NCBI GenBank assembly: GCA_965287045.1
Contig: OZ336886.1
Span: 37,138,001-37,202,000, forward strand
Length of the DNA stretch: 64,000 nt
Direction of reading: 5' to 3'
Origin: Carcharhinus amblyrhynchos
Taxonomy: Eukaryota
The position numbers and the translations under genes are program-made. This document shows, piece after piece, positions 63,856 through 64,000 of this stretch. Each line of letters begins with the position of its first letter. Position 1 is the stretch's first letter. Under the pieces are notes generated by a model. It did not search any database. It had not been told where the DNA came from and saw only the letters and a list, made by a program, of their open reading frames with translations.

Positions 63856-64000
63856 GAATCCTGTGCGGATATACAAAAATAAATATGTAGCTAAAATTTA
63901 AAAATTATTTTACAATATTTACAGTTCAATTCTTCCATTTGTGTCTTTACTCATAAATAATGGATGTCTGTGACACCTGTTTTTGCTTGGCACTGGATTT

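Noticed and set aside
1-64000. CRISPR arrays, rRNA genes or prokaryotic operons
   Set aside because: No regularly spaced repeats, rRNA motifs or dense ORFs. The sequence is vertebrate intronic DNA.

Overview
This is eukaryotic, repeat-rich vertebrate DNA, almost certainly from a cartilaginous fish (shark-type HE1 V-SINEs, HER1/CR1 LINEs, shark-type Penelope and Harbinger repeats). The only host coding sequence I can find is two small + strand exons of an attractin-family gene (ATRN more likely than ATRNL1), at 11337-11398 and 62379-62457. They splice in frame across a ~51-kb intron and encode the juxtamembrane/transmembrane segment (ISFSQHSSFMDLVQFFVTFFS|CFLSLLLVAAVVWKIKQTCWASRRRE). Everything else is intronic and dominated by mobile elements. 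These include a decayed two-LTR Gypsy element with an internal long inverted duplication, and a GalEa-like Ty1/copia relic holding a young CR1, which in turn holds a Penelope pLTR fragment with an apparently intact minimal hammerhead ribozyme. There are also a solo LTR, a Rex1/Babar LINE, many SINEs and several very old Harbinger transposase and Myb/SANT relics. Family assignments rest on recognised motifs and recalled consensus sequences, not on database searches. Most listed ORFs are spurious or repeat-derived.
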